Positions 58,501-64,000 of a stretch of DNA of 64,000 nt are shown one piece after another. The stretch covers positions 1,043-65,042 of the IMG/VR virus record IMGVR_UViG_3300027612_000005; one strand, given 5' to 3'. Under the pieces are notes generated by a model. It saw only the letters and a program-made list of their open reading frames with translations. It was not told the DNA's origin and searched no databases. This DNA is from a virus. Lineage: Duplodnaviria; Caudoviricetes. Numbering within the stretch: the first letter of the stretch is position 1; every line of letters starts with the position of its first letter. The position numbers and the translations under genes are program-made.

Positions 58501-61500
58501 AAGATTATACGTTTAACAATCAAGGATTTGTAATTATTACAGTATCTAAAAACATTGGCGATGTAATTGAGATATACGAATACGAAACAACCAACGGCAG
58601 CTTTGTTCCGGAGACACCGACTAAACTAGGATTATACCCTAAGTATGAACCTGTTAAATTTGTCGACGACACCTATTTAGAACCACAAGAAGTAATTCAG
58701 GGACACGATGGTAGTATTGTATTAGCATATGGTGATTACAGAGATGATTTAATTATTGAATTAGAAAAGCGTATCTATAATAATATTAAAGTAGAATACA
58801 ACCAGGATATATTTAATATTCATGATTATTTGCCGTCAGAACATAGAAATACTGGTTTGTCAAATACCCAAATTGACGAAGCAATGCTTTCTGACTTTGT
58901 ACAATGGCTACAACTTGTAGATACAGATTATACAACTAATGTTGATTTTCTTAGAGAAAATACCTTTACATTTAATCATCAAGGCATGACAGATCCTAGC
59001 GAGAATAATGTAAGCGGCTGGTGGCGTGGAGTTTATAAACATGCTTACGACACTGACCGTCCACATACTCATCCATGGGAAATGCTAGGCTTTACTATTA
59101 AGCCAACATGGTGGGATGAACAGTACGGATCAGCACCTTATACAAGTAATAACTTGTTAATGTGGGAAGATATTCGAGACGGTATTATTAGACAACCTGG
59201 TACATCCTTTGTTGTAAATGAAAAATATGCAAGACCTGGATTATTAAGCCATTTGCCTGTTGACGAAGACGGAAACTTATTAAGCCCTGTATTAGGAAGT
59301 TATATTAGGTCATATAATACTACAGAACTTAAATTCAATTTTATATACGGTGATCATTCTCCAGTTGAATCTGCTTGGAGACGAAGTTCAGAATATCCGT
59401 TTGCATTGCTAACTTCGTTGGTTCTTAATCAGCCATCACGTGTTTTTGCAACTGCATTTGATAGAGTAAGACAAACACGAAATGTTTTAGGTCATATAGT
59501 TTATAATAGTACAAACGATCATTTAATTTTAGATAATTTACTATTCCCTAATTCTTACGATGATGGTAGTAGAACTTACACATCGGGGTTAGTTAATTAT
59601 ATTAGTAATTATATGGCTTCGACAGTTACGTCTAACTACAACTTATATAAAGAAAATTTAAAAAATATCGGAAATCAAATCGGTTTTAAAGTTGGCGGTT
59701 ATACAAATAAAGATAAATTTAAATTAATTCTTGATTCAAGAACACCTTTAAACCAAGGCAATGTTTTTGTTCCAGAAGAGAACTATAAAATATTTTTAAA
59801 CAAAAGTTCTCCTTTAGAAAACATTTACTATAGTGGTGTTATAGTTGAAAAACAAAGCTACGGTTTTGTTATTAAAGGATACAATCAACAACAACCATAT
59901 TTTTATTATAATAAGCCAATAGTTTTAACAAATGATTCGTTAATTAATGTTGGCGGCATCTCGCAAAGTTTTGTAACGTGGACCGAAGACAGAACTTATT
60001 CTCAAGGATCTATTGTAGAATATGAAAATGCTTATTATAGAGCATTAGAACTACATACTAGTGGACAAACATTTGATTCGGTTAAGTTTGCAAAATTGCC
60101 TAAACTTCCTGAAATCGGCGGCCGCGAAGCACACTTCCGTAAGAAATTTAAAACTGAAATTAGTAAAATGTCTTATGGTACTGTTTTAGAAACAGTTCAG
60201 GAAGTTGTAGATTTCTTACTAGGATATTCTAATTATTTAGAAAGTGTTGGATTTGTATTTGACTTTTACGATAATAACAATGAATTTATTTCCGATTGGA
60301 AAACTAGCGCCAAAGAATTTATGTTTTGGACTATACAAAACTGGAGCGAAGGAGCAGTAATTACTCTTAGCCCTGGTGCTAATCAAATTAAGTTTATTTC
60401 TCAATACGCCGTTGTTGACGATATCTACGATACATTTTACGGATACAGTTTATTAAAAGCCGACGGTAAAAAGTTATTACCAGAAAACGTGTCATTAACA
60501 CGAGAAAATCCAAACGAATTTATCATTAAGCCAAAGGCAACTGAAGATGGTATTTTTGCAGTTAGACTCGCTCTAGTACAAAAAGAACATGCAGTTATTA
60601 TTGATAATAAAACAGTATTTGGTGATATTATTTACGACCAAGAGCCAGGATATAGACAAGATCGCATTAAAGTTCTGGGCTACAGGACTTCTGATTGGGA
60701 CGGTAGTTTAAATATTCCAGGATTTATATTTGATAATGCACAAGTTAATGAATGGCAGTCATGGCAAGATTATGCAATAGGCGATCTTGTTAAGTATAAA
60801 GAGTTTTTCTACACTGCAAGAAACAAAATTAGCGGCAAAGAAGTATTTGACGCCAACGAATGGGTACGTTTAGACGAAGAGCCCGAAATGGGCTTAATTC
60901 CAAACTTCGAATATAAAACAAACCAGTTTGCAGACTTTTATGATTTAGATACTGATAACTTTGATCTTGAGCAGCAAAGGTTTGCACAGCATTTGATCGG
61001 CTATCAGAATAGAGATTACCTTGCTAATATTATTAACGACGATGTTAGTCAGTATAAATTTTACCAAGGCATGATTCAAGACAAAGGTACAAAAAATGCA
61101 CTAATAAAATTGTTTGATGTATTAAGCAGCGCAAATAAAGATAGTTTAGAATTTTATGAAGAATGGGCTATTAAAGTTGGACAATATGGTGCTAACGAAG
61201 GATTTGAGGAAGTTGAATATATTCTAGACGAGTTTAATATGCGTTTAGAGCCACAAAGTTTTGAACTAGTAAACAACGTTACTGGCGAGGAAACAGATTT
61301 AATTTATCGAATCAAGCCCTACGAAGCATATTTAAGTCCTCGTGATTATAATCATGCACCGTTTCCGTCAAAGTATATAAGTGATACATTTACAAAAAAT
61401 AGTGGATTTGTTAATCCAGATGATGTAGACTTTATAGTTACTACATATGATTCTATTTTAAACATTGATTTTAAACAATGTGATTACGGAAGTACTATAT

Positions 61501-64000
61501 GGGTAGGAAACGAAAAATTAACTTGGAATGTTTATACACATCTAAGAACAGACCTTAATGTTGTAGAAGCAAGATCCTCTGGAGAAAACGTAGAACTTGT
61601 TCTTAATAATACTGACATTAATATAGACAAAGGAAGCATTGTCGGCGTATTTAATATTCCTAATTTAGAAGGCTTCTTTAAAGTTGAAAAGATATCTAAT
61701 AACATTATTGAATTAGCAAATGCTATATTAACTGAAGATGCAGAAAATATTAATGGTAAAATTAGTATCCTAGTTAGTACAAGAGTTGATACTTTCGCCG
61801 AAGGTAGTGAACTAATACAAGATTATAAAGAAGGCATTAACCGACTTTGGGTAGACAATGACGAAAACGGAGAATGGAAAGTTTTTCAGAGAGATCCTGC
61901 ATTTGCATTACAACAGACAATTACTAACCTTGATCCAGGAAATGATCATAGTTATGGCACTGCATTATCTGCTAACGGAAAGAACACAGTATTAGCAGTT
62001 GGCTCTCCAGATAACGGAGACGGAAAAGTATTCATTTACACACGAGCAGGCAATGCTAGTTCTTATCAATTAGTACAAGTTATTGAACCAGAAGAAAGTC
62101 TTGCAGATGACCTACAAAGATTTGGCGGAGCAGTTGCATTATCTGATGATGGAAGATACTTAGCAGTTGGCTCTCCTGATGCTTCTAATGTTAAATCTAC
62201 ATTTACAGGTAATTTTGTTGATAGTCAAGACTATGCAGCTAACTCAATTGTTGGATATCAAAACTCACTATGGAAAGCATTACTTGATATTGACGGCGCA
62301 GAAACAAATATTCAATTCGGAAGTTTTAGCTCTATACCTCAAATAATGGTCAATCTTGATCTTATTGATCAAGATGACGAACGTATTCCTGTATTACTTG
62401 CAGGAGATTATCCATTTACACAACTTAATACAGATCACTTCTTAATTAAAGCACCGAGAGATATGTATGAAGGATCTGGAATAGGAGACACTTTAAAATT
62501 AAAATGGAATACATTAACTTATGCACAACAGACTAATGCAACGTTAACTGCGAAAGAACCGTTCGATGGTGATATTTCTTACTTGTCGTCTGCATTAATA
62601 ACAGGCAGTCATACTATTGTTGAAAAAATTGATAGTATACTTTATGTACAAGAATCAAATACAGTTCCACTTGTAGGACAGACAGTAGAAACAATTGGCG
62701 GTTTCGGAGAAGTGGCGTACACATTTAACGATGGTGCAGCACTAACAATATACATTAAAAATCAAAACGGAAGTTTTGGCGTAATAGGATCTGCTCAAAC
62801 AACAATTGGCGAATATGTAGGTGAATATATTACTGTTGCTCCTGCAGAACAAGCAGTTGGCGCAGATGACGAATGGAGAGGATATTGGAGAATCAATACT
62901 TCAACTTCTTACTTTGTAGGAGATACTAATTCCGATGATGGTAGAGGATTAGTTTATTATGACGTTGTTCCAAATGGTGCAGCAGACCCTGATAGAAAAT
63001 ATTATAATATTTTAGATTTTGACACTTCAATTACATCAAGTTATGACACAAGAAATAGTCAGTTAAGTGTTATGACATACGACGGTCTTCCAGGACCTGG
63101 AGGAGAAATTGGAGAGTTTAAATCGTCGTTGGTTGTATTAAGAGCACCAAATGAATTAACGGATTCGTTGACACCGGCATCGATTGTACAAGGTGATCCA
63201 GATAATCCAAAAATTGATTTATTTTATAATCCGATGCCGGCGTTTTTGTCAGGCACATTTAAAGATCCGAGCAACATCGGAATAGATATTCGCGATATTA
63301 ATAAACAACACACTGTTTATGATATCTGGGATGGATATATTGATTTTAAAATTACTAAAAACTTAGGTGGAGTAGCAATTGAACCAAAAGTAGGAATAAT
63401 TGTTCAAGACGTAACAAATTTCGGTACTGCTGAAGTTGTATTTTATCAAAAGTTTGACACTGACAGTGGAAGAATATACGTAAAAGGTGTCAGTGGTGAT
63501 TGGGCCGCCGGTGATATCTTTCTTGAAAACAGAGAAATACAATTTTTAGCAGACGGATCAGGCGACTTATTGTACGATCCAGCTGCTGGATTCCGTGTAT
63601 TTGGACAAATACAGGCACGAAGTCTGCCATTACCGTCTGAAGGCATTGGCAGAATGATTGTGCTTGATACTGGTGTTTTGATAGATTCTCAGAAACCTGC
63701 TGATGCAATTGATACTACTAATGAAGAGTATTATAATATCTTCGATGGAGAGTACTGGTTCTGGCAAGAAGGTATTGTCGACGGCATACCAAGACCGGCC
63801 AATGCTCCTGCAGAAGGAAATAATGACTGGTTGCAAGTTTATAATGTTCCTGCATCGATAGGCGGAACGGCAAGCGAACTAGTAAACGAAGGTATGTACC
63901 ATATTTACGAAAGACGGGGTGTTGGACAGTTTGTTAAACTTAATTCTTTTGTTATTCCTGAACGAGATAATAATACATTCTTAGGATCAGACTTTAAATT
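55557..64000 (+). CDS. Giant baseplate wedge/appendage protein (gp7-like), more than 2800 aa, partial at window end
   Basis: Not in ORF track (no stop inside window). ATG overlaps gp6 TAA; MAYDDDQNEFPLPGG..RRSAEHLPRYFRT..NKKFL.ST.DQLIQPG; frame consistent at window end (ERDNNTFLGSDFK); FG-GAP-like propeller repeats near 62 kb. Every codon was not checked. Confidence 0.75.
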   Translation, partial: MAYDDDQNEFPLPGGDKKPRRRSAEHLPRYFRTNVNKKFLASTIDQLIQPGTAEKLNGYYGRKQAKGFKVGDFYIGDVSKDREEYQLEPAAVIKDTLDNVNFYGDYTDYINQIKSLGGDVSDHNLLNRQEFYSWQPHIDWDKFVNFREYYWLPNGPQEIPVAGQSIDVESVYTVKVVDNGDNYGYVFTPDGQTQNPELTLYRGITYKFEINAPGNPLSFRTSKQSASKWVGKSTYYLGETVLFNGTVYISNREHLSGTTFDETFWDLDTTFNLVSQVSQQSIEDGTIEVTLDFETPDIVYYMSDNDIFASGIIRVKDIEEASFINVEEEILGKKTYTTSSNVNLSNGTKIFFQGNVTPEKYAKGSWYVEGVGSEIKLISEDELNVPSSFTQDLQVEFDNEGFDRLPYDEAIGYPINKDYITINRASKDGNLWSKYNRWFHKSVIETAEKINGQDPELDQLQRATRPIIEFSPNLKLFNFGTRVKQNIDLIDDFTKDVFSTVEGSQGYNVDGVDLTNGMRVLFTADTDVQVNGKIYEVKFITFNNTRQITLQETSDTTPVENETILCKQGNAYRGKMLWFNGTSWKLAQDKTTINQSPLFDIFDKDGVSFSNQDVYGSSTFTGTKLFSYKQGTGSNDTILGFPISYRSIENIGDITFNFDLLTDTFTYFAANTNVIEINVNSGYLRKYSGVSTFENVNGWTKAEWLSNQSVIRQYEVDNTRTFYTIDVYDQSGLIDDLWIRVLLNNELLFEGVDYSISVDEQNNSIINFIRPLNIGDIILIKTRSSAKKNDNGIYEIPMNLERNPLNKNVSELTLGEVNDHVSTIIEEVETFSGLYPGISNLRDLGNISSYGKRIVRHSSPTNIALYHLLSKESNIISSLKYARREYGKFKRLFLQTSYNLGFDGPVKDHVDLIMSTMNRDKTNSMPFYFSDMVPTGAAKKSTVEVEDADNNFFALSEAFDLTAPSDKSVQVYLNGVQLIHNKDYTFNNQGFVIITVSKNIGDVIEIYEYETTNGSFVPETPTKLGLYPKYEPVKFVDDTYLEPQEVIQGHDGSIVLAYGDYRDDLIIELEKRIYNNIKVEYNQDIFNIHDYLPSEHRNTGLSNTQIDEAMLSDFVQWLQLVDTDYTTNVDFLRENTFTFNHQGMTDPSENNVSGWWRGVYKHAYDTDRPHTHPWEMLGFTIKPTWWDEQYGSAPYTSNNLLMWEDIRDGIIRQPGTSFVVNEKYARPGLLSHLPVDEDGNLLSPVLGSYIRSYNTTELKFNFIYGDHSPVESAWRRSSEYPFALLTSLVLNQPSRVFATAFDRVRQTRNVLGHIVYNSTNDHLILDNLLFPNSYDDGSRTYTSGLVNYISNYMASTVTSNYNLYKENLKNIGNQIGFKVGGYTNKDKFKLILDSRTPLNQGNVFVPEENYKIFLNKSSPLENIYYSGVIVEKQSYGFVIKGYNQQQPYFYYNKPIVLTNDSLINVGGISQSFVTWTEDRTYSQGSIVEYENAYYRALELHTSGQTFDSVKFAKLPKLPEIGGREAHFRKKFKTEISKMSYGTVLETVQEVVDFLLGYSNYLESVGFVFDFYDNNNEFISDWKTSAKEFMFWTIQNWSEGAVITLSPGANQIKFISQYAVVDDIYDTFYGYSLLKADGKKLLPENVSLTRENPNEFIIKPKATEDGIFAVRLALVQKEHAVIIDNKTVFGDIIYDQEPGYRQDRIKVLGYRTSDWDGSLNIPGFIFDNAQVNEWQSWQDYAIGDLVKYKEFFYTARNKISGKEVFDANEWVRLDEEPEMGLIPNFEYKTNQFADFYDLDTDNFDLEQQRFAQHLIGYQNRDYLANIINDDVSQYKFYQGMIQDKGTKNALIKLFDVLSSANKDSLEFYEEWAIKVGQYGANEGFEEVEYILDEFNMRLEPQSFELVNNVTGEETDLIYRIKPYEAYLSPRDYNHAPFPSKYISDTFTKNSGFVNPDDVDFIVTTYDSILNIDFKQCDYGSTIWVGNEKLTWNVYTHLRTDLNVVEARSSGENVELVLNNTDINIDKGSIVGVFNIPNLEGFFKVEKISNNIIELANAILTEDAENINGKISILVSTRVDTFAEGSELIQDYKEGINRLWVDNDENGEWKVFQRDPAFALQQTITNLDPGNDHSYGTALSANGKNTVLAVGSPDNGDGKVFIYTRAGNASSYQLVQVIEPEESLADDLQRFGGAVALSDDGRYLAVGSPDASNVKSTFTGNFVDSQDYAANSIVGYQNSLWKALLDIDGAETNIQFGSFSSIPQIMVNLDLIDQDDERIPVLLAGDYPFTQLNTDHFLIKAPRDMYEGSGIGDTLKLKWNTLTYAQQTNATLTAKEPFDGDISYLSSALITGSHTIVEKIDSILYVQESNTVPLVGQTVETIGGFGEVAYTFNDGAALTIYIKNQNGSFGVIGSAQTTIGEYVGEYITVAPAEQAVGADDEWRGYWRINTSTSYFVGDTNSDDGRGLVYYDVVPNGAADPDRKYYNILDFDTSITSSYDTRNSQLSVMTYDGLPGPGGEIGEFKSSLVVLRAPNELTDSLTPASIVQGDPDNPKIDLFYNPMPAFLSGTFKDPSNIGIDIRDINKQHTVYDIWDGYIDFKITKNLGGVAIEPKVGIIVQDVTNFGTAEVVFYQKFDTDSGRIYVKGVSGDWAAGDIFLENREIQFLADGSGDLLYDPAAGFRVFGQIQARSLPLPSEGIGRMIVLDTGVLIDSQKPADAIDTTNEEYYNIFDGEYWFWQEGIVDGIPRPANAPAEGNNDWLQVYNVPASIGGTASELVNEGMYHIYERRGVGQFVKLNSFVIPERDNNTFLGSDFK

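Noticed and set aside
1-64000. Stop-codon reassignment, as seen in some jumbo phages
   Set aside because: Long ORFs are intact under code 11 and TAG, TGA and TAA all terminate conserved genes at expected places.
1-64000. tRNA, tmRNA or rRNA genes
   Set aside because: No cloverleaf or T-loop (GTTCRA) context recognised in the few intergenic gaps; tRNAscan-SE or ARAGORN was not run.

Overview
AT-rich (roughly 35% GC by eye) segment of a large T4-like myovirus genome (Caudoviricetes), read with standard code 11. Positions 1-38.8 kb (minus strand) hold a fibre/virion-appendage cluster with two pairs of giant paralogous fibre proteins, the head module (MCP gp23, scaffold, prohead protease gp21, acidic core protein, portal gp20) and a probable tape measure. 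A gp26-like gene on the plus strand is followed by a minus-strand block (putative internal protein, ~550 bp structured non-coding region, GIY-YIG nuclease, gp46/gp47, gp55 late sigma). A plus-strand baseplate operon follows (tube-initiator-like, gp53, hub, gp5 spike, gp25, gp6, and a truncated giant wedge ORF missing from the ORF track). The main observations outside the ORF track are: (1) a 23-aa PqqA peptide gene in its own terminator-bounded unit behind the MCP, suggesting a Methylophilaceae/OM43-type host; (2) a T TTT TTC -1 slippery site with a predicted H-type pseudoknot that would extend gp26 in the manner of lambda gpG/gpGT; (3) a ~420-nt densely structured RNA candidate overlapping the 3' end of a catalytic-domain-only GIY-YIG gene and running into inverted C-GAA-G hairpins around an AT-rich core (possible origin); (4) phycobiliprotein-like KCxRD repeats in a giant fibre; (5) structured 5' leaders and a sialyltransferase/Maf-like gene inside the head module. 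All protein identities come from motif recognition by eye; no database searches or folding programs were run.
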